A stretch of 23,902 bases of DNA, from positions 792,785 through 816,686 of the forward strand of contig NW_003314274.1 of the NCBI RefSeq assembly GCF_000143415.4, in the 5' to 3' direction. The notes below the pieces were generated by a model. The model made no database searches and had not been told where the DNA came from. It saw only the letters and a list, made by a program, of their open reading frames with translations. The position numbers and the translations under genes were made by a program. Numbering within the stretch: position 1 is the stretch's first letter; each line of letters starts with the position of its first letter. This document shows, in pieces, positions 11,001 through 21,531 of this stretch. Source of the DNA: Selaginella moellendorffii (taxonomy: Eukaryota > Plantae > Lycopodiophyta).

Positions 11001-12358
11001 TTACCTCATTATAAATGCTATTGACACAAAGTAGCATCAATGTTTCTTTATTGATGAATCTAGTGGTACTAAAAAAAAATTTCTACTTAATACCATCATT
11101 ACAGTATTACAATTAAAAAAAAATAATTAGTATTCAGTATGGTATGGACTGGGATTGCAAGCATTTTGCTAAAATATGGTCAAACAGCACATACAACTTT
11201 TTAAACTTCTTGTTCCTTTAGATGAAACTTTTTTCTCTACTTCAACAATTAATAGTGTTGCTAGAAAAACCATTAAACAAGAAAATGTTCTCATATGGGA
11301 TGAAATTAGTATGGTCCACACATATGCTTTCTCTGCAGTTGATAAATGTTTAAAGCATCTCAAATGTAATTTTAAACCATTTGGAGGTGTTATAGTGATT
11401 ACAAGTGGTGACTTTCGTCAAACCCTTCCTATTATTCCCCATGGCTATAGAACTTTTATTATTTCAAGGCCAGTTAAAATGAATAAATTATGGTGACTCT
11501 TTACAACATTAACATTAATAAAGGACATGTGTTCAAGCAATCTTTGTTTTTCTTAATGGCTTTTCAAACTTGGCAATGGTGATAGTAGTTTGTAGTTGCC
11601 ATGTCTCCCACCAGATATTATCCAAATACCACATACATATCTATCTCCACACCTATTGTAAACTTTGTTTTCCCAAATACCGATGATATTATAAAGACTT
11701 AATAGCTGCATCAAAGGTTATTCTCACCCCACTCAAGGACAACATATTCAGAATAAATAATGACATTGTTGGAAGACTACTAGGTGATCTATATATTTAC
11801 TTGAGCATTGACATGGTTGAGTCAGATCAACCTAAAGAGTTTCTAATTGAATTCTTAAATTTAATCACCCTATTGAGACTACCACCACACAAATTAACTC
11901 TAAAACAAAATGTGATTTTGATTCTTCTTAGGAACATATCTCCACAAATTGGTTTATGCAATGGCACTCGCCTCATTCTCAAGCAAGCATGTCAAAATGT
12001 TTTAGATTGTCAAATTATCACGAGACAATTCAAGAGATTGTGAGTTTTTATTCCACATATTACCCTTACACCTTTTGATGTTGAAATCCCTTTCAAGATG
12101 TCCCAAAGACAATTCCCAATTTGTCTAGGTTATTGCTTAACTATTTCTAAAGCCCAAGGCCAAACTTTTGACCATGTTGGCATTTACCTCCCCCAACCTG
12201 TTTTCACATAAGGTCAACTTTATGTTGCTCTCTCAAGGTGTAGATCACTTGAACAACTTCGTATTCAAGTGCTCGCAACCCCCGTTCAAGGCAATCTTGT
12301 ACCATATGATCAACACTTTTACACTGTGAATACAGTCTATGCTAAAGTTCTTAAGTAG
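8027..12358 (+). pseudogene. Helitron Rep/Helicase (HUH-Y2 endonuclease + PIF1-family helicase), full-length but heavily disrupted
   Basis: Zn finger CVFCGALHF...CCQNGKV. Rep motif 1 FTCNPKW (~9457), motif 2 FQKRGLPHYH (~9633) and motif 3 IKYLFQYVYK (~10053). PIF1 motifs: degenerate Walker A, WTGIASILL, LIWDEISM, FGG..SGDFRQTLP, LLRN..GLCNGTRL, RQFP..TISKAQGQT, GQLYVALSR. Ends NTVYAKVLK* at 12358. Many stops and frameshifts. Confidence 0.95.
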
Positions 12359-13391
12359 ACTGACAAATACATGGCACAATTCCAAATCCAACCATGATTC
12401 CACAAAGCTATCTATTGAGCCACCTTTGACTTATAATTGTGAGTTTAAAGTGCACACCACAATAAAGCTGGCATTGACTAGTGTGCTTTGGGTGGTGTGC
12501 CATTTTGGTTATGGCAACATGCTATTGAGCTGCTAATGGTAGAGGTACAGTTTCATCTTGTTGCTTCCTGAGTGTAGCTCTTATTGCAGTATAATGGTTT
12601 CCGGCTCATCCCAGAAACCTCTCTAGTGGGCTGTGGAGCAAGTAGCAACACCTGCACCAAAGATGGGCTTGGAAGTATTTCTTGGGCTCTTTGTATTCAA
12701 AATGGAGGAATACAACTTAATAGTGATCTAATCTAGCTTATATAATGCTCATGGGTAGAGTTCATAAATTCCAGCATAGGAAATCTGGATTTGATTGCTG
12801 AAATCTGGACAACAATCAAGTATGGTAATGCATTACTATTTTATGATTACAGATAACATGTTTGGTCAAGAAAATGTCTTTTAATTGTGGAGTTGATCAA
12901 ACAGCAAACATAGCTAAGCTTAGCAAACCTCTTGAAATGGCATTAAATTTGCCAACCACCCAGCATTTGTTGGGCAATTGCTAATCTATCATAATAAGGA
13001 GGAGTTGCTGAACTTTCTAGGCTGCCATATCTAGCCAATCGTAGCCATCTGATGGGAGGGGGGGGGGAGGTAATTGTAAAGGGGTTATTTTCTTAACCAT
13101 GTGTTAGCGAATAATCACCTGATGTTTGCTCCCGGCCAATAGGAGGCAGCTAAAGCGCATGTGGTGAGAGAGGAATGCCGGGCGGCACATGTCACATGCA
13201 AATGTGTTGACCATGGTTGCACCTGTCATCTGGGCATCGAGATTGCTCTAGCAGCAGCAGCAGCCCAAGGCTGCAAGGAAAATTTGGCGACTTGAGAACC
13301 ACATGCCTTTTCCAAGAGATCACATTAACATATATGTCATGGATATTCACCACCATTTGAAAGTACCAATGGAAACTCCCATAGACTGATC

Positions 13392-13974
13392 TGTAAGCTC
13401 ATAAGTTTGGACTTCCTGGGAGGTCACTCTGCCCAGTACTATTCAAACCCAAAGATGCTTAACTCCAAATATTCCAAGAACCTTAACCAATTAGAAAAGG
13501 GGGTGCACTCTTGTTTATGGGCCTTTTCCCTTTATATTTGAACCTCTATAGATCATCTTTTGAATTATTCCCTTTGGTTGCTTATAATCCACTACACTTC
13601 TCTACAAGTTCATGCCCTCGTGAATGGAAGCTGAGAGCCACAACCCTCTCGAGAGCCCCGCTCTCTTGACACCTTACCCCTCGGGTCGAGCCTAGCCGAA
13701 GCAAACTGGATCAGCTAGATGTCAATCAACATGTGGTGTGATTCCCCTAGCCAACTAACAAAGTCAGATCTGAGACCCCTCTGATACCAAATGTAAGCTT
13801 TTGAGTGGAAGTCACCGTGCCTAATACTATTCAAACCCAAAGATGCTTAACTTCAAATATCTCAAGACCCTTAACCAATTGGAAAAGGGGGTGCACTCTT
13901 ATTTATGGGCTTTTTCCCTTTATATTTGAACCCTTATAAATTGTCTCTCGAGTTGTTCCCTTTGGTTGCTTACA
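13392..13974 (-). mobile_element. Complete Cassandra TRIM (non-autonomous LTR retrotransposon with 5S-derived LTRs)
   Basis: LTRs at 13392-13586 and 13792-13974 with 7-bp terminal inverted repeat TGTAAGC...GCTTACA. iMet PBS CCTCTGATACCA at 13778-13789, and a ~205-bp non-coding internal region. Degenerate TSD TGATC/TGACT. 5S-like domain in both LTRs. Confidence 0.93.
13409..13466 (-). promoter_or_regulatory. 5S rRNA-derived segment (Pol III type-1 internal promoter A-box/IE/C-box region) in Cassandra LTR
   Basis: Minus strand GGAGTTAAGCATCTTTGGGTTTGAATAGTACTGGGCAGAGTGACCTCCCAGGAAGTCC vs plant 5S AGTTAAGCGTGCTTGGGCGAGAGTAGTACTAGGATGGGTGACCTCCTGGGAAGTCC. Other copies at 4638-4693 and 13807-13854. 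Confidence 0.88.
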
Positions 13975-14199
13975 TGACTATTCTATTGGAGGAGCAAGCC
14001 ACAAGCTCAAAGGAATCCACCCTTTTACATAAACTTCATGTAAAAGCAATAAAGAAAGATGATTTAGTTGCCTAGATGAAAGAAAAGCAAAGCTTAGCTA
14101 AAAAAAATTTTGATCAATCAGTTTAAAGTACGATGTGAGCTTGACTTAAAAGCATCACACCTTGGCACATTTGGTGTCTTCACACCATTGGCTTCACGA

Positions 14200-15478
14200 G
14201 CCTACCTTTACAACACTTCCCATTTATGTCTAAGTCTTTGCTAAGGCCAACACAGTTGTTTCTCATGCCAACTATCAGTTAGCATTACACTATAGTGTTT
14301 GTATACAACTCTAAACCAAAGTTGTTTTCTTTTGGGAACACTTTTTCTATGACTTTAATATGGCACCTTCCACCATCAATAAAATACACACTGTTCTCAT
14401 ACTTTAATCTTATGATCTTCCCCATCCCTCATAGGGTACAACACACCTTAGTCTAAATGCTTCTATAAGTTCTCTAGAACCATTCTTTGACTCCACTCAA
14501 GTCATTTAGCTTTTTAGACTTTGCTAATTCGATGACCCATAATGTCCTAGCCTTCTGACTATTTTTTTAGGTGCTAGTTCACTAGAATACATCTTCTGGT
14601 ATTCATGTCCTACCCACATTGATTATTTTTTGTTCCCTGTGGGCTACCTTTGCCCCTTAAAACTATCAACTCATCCTCTAAGTACACCCCCAACTCCTTG
14701 GGTTTGTTCCAGCATTTATAAAAGGTATCCTTGACTACTATTTCAAGGACTTGTGTCCTCATCTGTATTTGACTTTCCACAGTCATTAATTCTAGTCTTA
14801 AATTTATGAGCACTAGCCTCAACTATATGAGGATAATCTTGTGACTCCTTTGTTGATTTGGAATCTTTATCTTCTTAACTATAATTGTTTACCACAACTA
14901 CATTAGCCAATTTATTAAGTGAAATACTCATCTGGATCACATCTTCAACTCTCTAAGGAAAATTTTATATTCAAGATCCCAAAGTCATTCCCTTATCAAC
15001 CCTTTATCTATCCACCATATTGCTTACAATTTCACACTTAAACTGTAGTGGAGAGCTATGTCCTCCCAACTTGCTACTCCTTAAGGATAGGCCCACTTTT
15101 AGTACCTTCCGATGCTAACACAAGTGGTGATATACTTGACCTCCAATAAAAGTTAGACTAAAGAACAGCTCCGATATCAAATTGTAAGTGACTAAATTTT
15201 CCATTTTCTTTAGTCACTTAACCACACTTCTAACCATTTGGAAGAATCTCACTCACAACTTTCATAAGTCCCATTCCAGACTTGGGGACTTACTAGCCCC
15301 GAGAATAATATCTATGCCATTCAACTTTTGCATTTGGTCCAAATGCTCCATATGTCCGATCTCATAACTAACACCCAAAGGTACCACCGACATATCATCC
15401 TGTGATGCTAAGGCTATATCCATTCACCTTTGCCACACCAATGATCCAACACCACCTACATTATAGTCTTGTCTCTCA
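14200..15478 (-). mobile_element. Truncated Copia-like LTR retrotransposon: 5' LTR (15183-15478), PBS (15168-15179), decayed gag/pol start
   Basis: Paralogue of 4857-5828, with degenerate PBS GCTCCGATATCA. ORF 14610-14822 RLVLINLRLELMTVESQIQMR is gag-like, and SVYFIDGGRCHIK (~14390) resembles a Copia post-protease motif. No second LTR; left boundary uncertain. Confidence 0.75.
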
Positions 15479-15703
15479 ATTTCCATAGTGCGCTGAACTC
15501 CAACCTAGAGCAAATCCTTCCATCTCATGACAAACAACTTGGAGGGGTGTCTGGTTTGTTTTCACAGCTGCTTTCAGTAAAGTCCCATACCTAGTGAAAG
15601 TATGAGATCCCTCATTTCTTTGTCATCACAAAGAAATCAACTCAAGAAATCCATTCCTTTCAACTCCTAAGATATTCCCTTCACCTGTGCACCTAGCTTG
15701 ATC

Positions 15704-15803
15704 NNNNNNNNNNNNNNNNNNNNNNNNNNNNNNNNNNNNNNNNNNNNNNNNNNNNNNNNNNNNNNNNNNNNNNNNNNNNNNNNNNNNNNNNNNNNNNNNN
15801 NNN
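15704..15803. other. Assembly gap (100 N placeholder)
   Basis: Run of exactly 100 N. Confidence 1.
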
Positions 15804-15817
15804 GGAGACGACCACTG

Positions 15818-16549
15818 AGCATGGAATGGAACTTGGGCTTAGACCCAAGCCGGACGCAGAACAAGGACAGGCACGCAAGCGGGAGCTAGACTATGCCTCA
15901 GGTTGGTCGGCCATGCCCGACCTACCCACTATCCCTACTATACATTTGGAACCCCCCACAGCCCCCCCCCCTTGAGGAACACACGCTTTGGGCTTCACCC
16001 CAAGCCTCCCTTAGTATCAGGAGTTAGTCTCTGGGACAAGCTTAAAACTTACTAAATATGGAATGTCCTTAGAATGCGAATTTGGACACAGGACGAACAC
16101 CATTGTGTTCAGGCCGACCTCTACATTCCGTAGATATGCCAAATGAGCAAATCTAGACACTTTCCATAAATAGCATTTGGGACCGAAATGAGACTAACAC
16201 AAAGGGCATGATAGCGAGGGTGTTTGGCAGACACGGTAAGCTATCATGTAGCGATATTGAGGGACCAATCTCAATACGCGAGGGTTTTTGTCAAGCCAGT
16301 GCAAGACAGAGCAAAAGAGAACTAAAAAGCCAGGCCAAGTATGCTTGGCTGAATAGACACTTAGGAATTCCGTCCTTATGCTCATCCGGCCAAGTACAGA
16401 TGCAAAGTCCAGTTTACTAACACTTGAACAAGAGGGGCTGATAAAGGGTCCAGCAATACCGACCTCCTGCCATCATGGCAGTAAGGAAAGAGTGTCCGTA
16501 AGGACTGGTCGACAGGTAACTTTCGATACCCAAAGTCACATTCGCGACA
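15818..16549 (-). repeat. 3' LTR (partial, truncated by gap)
   Basis: Aligns with 21945-22677: 7 transitions plus one 1-bp indel counted by eye. Ends CGCGACA. Confidence 0.97.
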
Positions 16550-16562
16550 CTCTCCCCCCCTT
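16550..16562 (-). other. Polypurine tract
   Basis: Minus strand AAGGGGGGGAGAG immediately precedes the TGTCGCG of the 3' LTR. Confidence 0.9.
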
Positions 16563-19500
16563 GGGGAAGATCGACGTCCTCGTCGATGCATACTCCAGTC
16601 TAGAATACCGCCAAGGATACAACTCCAGAAAAAGTTCACGGTACTCACACTATGTGAGAAATGCACCAACTTAAATGAGTTAGGGGGCAACCTCTTTGTC
16701 TAACGCGGATGCGCTACCAGCTCAGACACCTTCCGGCCGTCGCCGACAAGGAAATGACCAACGGAGTCAGCCACCCCTGCTGCTCTGGGAGTCACCCAGC
16801 TTACAAAAGTGTGATATGCCCTGCCCACAGGAACATAGAGAGAGAAGCCAGAGGCCCCTACCCTCCTAAGCAAAGAAACCAAACCCGTCGGTAAGGTTTA
16901 GATAGACTACTGTAAACAGGCAGTTTAGAGTTGTTTACACGGTCACGCCCTTTCAACGGAATAAGGAACATCGATAAAGAGGCGGGTTATGTGACCAGTC
17001 GACAGTAGCTACCCCATGACTAGAGATTTCACCATGCACACGAAGTGCCGAAGCCAGTCTGCCCATTACTGGCCCAAACTCAAAGATCAATAGATGGACA
17101 ATATCAAAGTCATAGACAATGATATTTTAGAGATTTAATTATCAGGGAATAAAGCTTAGATTAGAACACAAAAGTATTCCAAGTAAGTTATCATCCGATA
17201 AACTAGTATTACAGTATAGGAACCACCAAGATCACTATCATTGGAAAACATAGGATGCACCATCCAACAAAATTCAATAGCAAGTATATCATCAAGTAAA
17301 CGCAATGATAAAACTTAACTACCGAAGATAGCAGACAGTAAGCCAACAACTTACGAGAGAGAACTCAAAGAACACAAAGTATCATTGACTAACAAGCACA
17401 ATGCTCGCGAATGTATCACCCAAAGGAAATAACATCCAAATCTATCAAAACTAACTCGAGCAATAATCAACAGAAGAGAATGAATGTGGGAAGACCAACA
17501 AACACTCATGCCTGTTAACTATCACAAAAGCCAATCTGAATAGATCCCAGCCAACAATACCAAGGAACTCAAGTTGCCTAAGCAAGTGTTAGCAACATCC
17601 TACTGATGTCTTAAACCCAAGAGACCAATCCAGAGCAAACCACAAAGAACATGTGGTATTGCAAAAAGCCAAAAGCCATCAAAGAGAACAACCAACTATC
17701 ATGAAAGATCGTCAATTAGCCCATCAATGTAGTGATGTATAATCATTGTTGAAGAAAAAATCTACCATCCCGAAGAATAGCAAATAATTCCAAACCAACA
17801 ATAATCAAGCAAAACTTGTGATAAGGACAATCAACTACCCTAGATGATAGTCAATCATCATCAATGATTGCCAGATGCAAAAACTAACTTCAATCGAAGC
17901 TAATGAGCCAAAATGCCTTCCCCAACAACTTCTAACAAATGGAACAATGAGCACAAAACTCAAGAACCAAAAGCTCGAAGAAGCCTATAACTAAGTCTTG
18001 CCTAATAATGATCACGAGTCTCATAGAAGCTAACTTCAATGCTAAAGAAGAAATCATGGTGCAACCCACAATATCTTCCTCAACACATCCATAAGCCAAA
18101 CTTCATAATGCCAAAGCTAATGAAGAGCATTTCTGCATCAATCCAAAAGCTAAGCACAATGGAGCTATGCTCAACAAGTGATCACTAAATGATCCTCCAT
18201 GAATCCATCTATAGCAAGACGTAACTCACTTCATAACAAGCTCAAAAAGAATCATTAATGATTGCTATATTCCGAACTCAAATCCAGCAAGGACTCAACA
18301 TTCTAATATCGATCACTAACTCTTCTTCTCGTAGAGTTAGCATAGTCCACGACTAAATCACTTTTCAAGGAAAAGCTAAAGCTCAACCCTCTACTAAATA
18401 ATCTCGTCTAGAACACAACTAACTCAACTTGCCACTCAGTTCGTTTGAACGTCAACACAGTTGCTAACTAGCAAATGCACGAATGCCAACAACACAAAGC
18501 TATAGCCAAATCATCAACACTATATTCATCAAGACTAATGAAACTCAATATCAATCCTTGGAAGGATATCTCATTTCACTCGAATCTCAATGTCAACAAC
18601 ATCAATGACAAGGCATCACTTTAATGCCATCAACATCAGGACAAAGCTAGAAGAAAGCAAGAGTGAATCACCACTTGGAGCTTTCCAGCAACCAAGCTAA
18701 CCAAAGTCGAAGATACTATACTTAGTATCGGAGACCAATCCTCTAACAATACTCAGTTACAGAGAACACATCATCAAGGAGTGATTCACCACGTCCAAGA
18801 CTCAATGAAATCCAACACTACGGACTAAATGTAACCAAATGATATCAACAGAGGTAAAGTCGACATGCCAACATGGAAAACCATGCAAGTCCAACAACAC
18901 GATCCTCCGCAACACCATCCGGTCAAGCAAGCCCACCACTGCTAAATCATCATCGAGCAAAGCAAGTGTCAACGGTCTTTTTGACAAAGTCTACAAGTAA
19001 TCACTAGTCGCAAATCAACTAACAATCGCCCTTCAACTTTGCCTTCACAAGACCCGAACACTAACTCATGTCATCGAGTTACATACTTGTCCAACATGAA
19101 CATAATACCCCAGGTACGAGATAAAAGTTCATAGACAAGCACCAACTAAATGACCACTCGAATCCAACTCAACCGCAATAAGCTCACTAATGCATTTAGT
19201 CAATAGCTCTGAGCATGCCTTGAAGAGGCTAGCTATGTGATCAACACTCAATCGAAACTAAAGTGAAGACCATGAGATGGACTCATATCGGTACACAACC
19301 TCCTCATAGACAAAGCTATAGTACGGGTACCAACATCGCAAACTCAAACAACTAAATTGGACATCACCATCCTCAGCCAAGGTGCAGGGCCACCAAGACC
19401 AAGTCAAGATCAGTGAGAGCTCACTACTCTCGTAGAGTCTAACGTAATGCGAGGTGCAACCTGCCACCAAGCACAACGCTACAAAAGAAAGGCACAAGGG

Positions 19501-21517
19501 TCACCTTTCTTAGAAAAGCGCAACAGCCACTTTTCTATACCAACTCTAGACTCTATCTAATTTAATTGCCTTAGCCCCAAAAGTTAGCATCCCTTTCGGG
19601 CCGCATCATACAAACTACCTACTAAGATCTAAGCCAACCGAAGTCAACTCCAACCCCTTCACTAGTTTGTACTGGCTTTCAAAAATGGAATGGTTTTCGA
19701 GCAAAGTGACCAACAGATCAGCCATTGGAGAAGTCTAAGAAAATTTGTGGAAAATTTCCATCCTAGAGAAGGAATGACTCTCAGCCTAGGATTGCAAACT
19801 TTCAAGACTCAACCAACTTCCTCCTACTAACAACTCCACATAGGTTCACCTCAAAAAAAAATTCTCATGATCCAAAAATATGCTTAAGCATCGAACATCT
19901 TTGCCCATCTAACCGATATCCAACACCGTCATCCGCAAAGTGCAAAATGAACATCCAAGGCTTGATCACTAAGACCACATCTTCGGATATCCACATTGCA
20001 CTAACACTCTTCTTCAATCACCTTCAAGATCCAATGTGAAGCCAAAACACTAACAAGATAAATGACATGAAAAATCAAGGTCCAAGGAAAATTCCTCATC
20101 ACTTGAAATAACAATGCCACTTCCACTAACACAAGTGCTAGTGATGTCAATGCCCCAACTACACACCTTCTCGATCCAATAATTTATTCCAAGTGCTAAT
20201 GGATCAACCGATGAGCTATAACAAATGAATGCTATAACCCTTTTCCAACACCTTATGGGCAAACCCTCAAGGAAACAAGGTACCAACATAAGCTTAGCAT
20301 AATGGACCACCATTGAGAATCCAGTCAAGGCTACTACAATGCTACTTCGTGCAAGTAGACTAGCTTCTCCATCAACCACTTTGGGGTTGATCATCATTTA
20401 CCCAAGCAACTTCGTAAACACATTGCTCTTTATCACATGGATATGATATAAGCATCACAATGACTTGATCATCAATTGAGTAACACAATGAGCAATGCCT
20501 ATGTCATTACTTCAAACGTTTATGTGAGTATCAAATGCCAACTCGATTCGACAAAATGCAACATAAATGCCACACTCCACCAATAGAGGTTTACGACACC
20601 CAACACCACTAACTTTTGTTCACAACATGGACAAGCTCATGCCACTCTCTTTCCGACCAAACTCAACACTAATCCAACACCAAGCTACTCAAGGAGCAAT
20701 AGCAAGGTTCCCCGGAAAAGAATTGAGCATTGCAACCCAAGTCTTCCAATAGCAAGCTTAGACAAAATGGTTAGCATTTCACCACTATCCATCCCACAAC
20801 TCACCATTGTAAGACCACCATCTCCAACATGCGTCAAGATAGGGACTCTTGATTGCATGATGTGAACACAAGCAATGAGTTAACACCTCGTTGCAAATCA
20901 TCTCTCCAAGAAGAGAAAATGATTTACGTATTTGATCCTTCGTCCCTGATGACTCTCTTTTCGGTCTCATCTTTGACCAAACCTCAAGCTTGCTTTCGCA
21001 CTGCCTTCAGTTCAATCCAAGAAAAGTTTATGAGAGAGCACGGCCATGATTACTTGAACCAATAGACTAATCCCTATAGTCTTGATTGATCCACTTATAA
21101 TCACGCCTAGGAAGGATCCACTAGTGCCGTGCTAAACAGCTACGGACCAGCCTATTTGCCACTCATAGCAAACCCAGGGAGGTTTGCTTTCACCCATGGT
21201 ACATGGAACAACTCATGGAACCAACGATAGGCTAACATTAATCCTGCCAACTCAAAGTGTAACCTCAAGTTGCTAATGTGCCTCACTCACGAGCTCAAGC
21301 TCAAACTCGTGCAAACGGAACATCTCCAAACCATCCTATGAGCCCAAGCGCAAGCTCACATCATAAGGTACAACAAGGTAACAATATCCATACCCAAGGA
21401 ACCAATTGCGAAGCCTTTGCACCCAAACGTGTACCCACTCGGATCATTGTTTTCATCTCTGCGTATGCAACAAGACTAGTTGCCCAATCTCATTGAATAG
21501 TACTCGCTGAGACTCAT

Positions 21518-21529
21518 GCTCTGATACCA
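21518..21529 (-). other. Primer binding site, tRNA-iMet
   Basis: TGGTATCAGAGC on the minus strand, 2 nt from the LTR end. Confidence 0.95.
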
Positions 21530-21531
21530 AA

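Larger units (their letters stand above)
12455..15590 (-). pseudogene. GRWD1: Intron-containing WD40-repeat pseudogene, GRWD1/RRB1-like (C-terminal half)
   Basis: Exon 15590-15479 follows an AG acceptor: VWDF..(fs)..NQTPLQVVCHEMEGFALGWS (family: VWD..NQAPL..GHKDEGYAIDWS). Exon 14019-13307 is split by Cassandra: WIPL..VACSSNRIVSLWE..(fs)..HDIYVNVISWKR (family: WSP..FASCSVDGSVAVWD..HNADVNVISWNR). Weaker collinear remnants at ~13048-13010 (IWQPRKF), ~12870-12820 (NMLSV..ITI), ~12690-12652 (ILPSPSLVQ|gt) and ~12568-12455 (KMKLYLYH*QLNSML). Family motifs are recalled, not searched. Confidence 0.65.

Noticed and set aside
12596-12627. Helitron 3' terminus (hairpin GGTTTCCGG-N6-CCAGAAACC, then CTAG|T)
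   Set aside because: The hairpin-to-CTAG spacing is shorter than typical, and WD40 exon remnants appear on both sides of it, implying continuity. Not excluded, but not supported enough.
13409-13466. Bona fide 5S rRNA gene (also 4638-4693, 13807-13854)
   Set aside because: Only ~58 nt of the ~120-nt 5S is present, without the 5' part, and it is embedded in LTRs with a PBS. This is the Cassandra signature.
14134-14401. A left LTR (TGTGAGC...) closing the 14200-15478 element
   Set aside because: No similarity to the 15183-15478 LTR, and the flanks TACGA/ATTTC do not form a TSD.
15667-15889. ORFs spanning the N run
   Set aside because: Artefacts of translating through the assembly gap.
16194-16690. 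Duplicated small ORFs (also 22322-22734) as genes
   Set aside because: They lie in the near-identical LTRs, have no domain features, and are duplicated simply because the LTRs are.
18800-20970. Assigning the large element to Ty3/Gypsy or Ty1/Copia from hints such as YLDACWRWW or SWWPCTLAEDGDVQFSC
   Set aside because: Motif resemblance is too weak and ambiguous without an HMM search.
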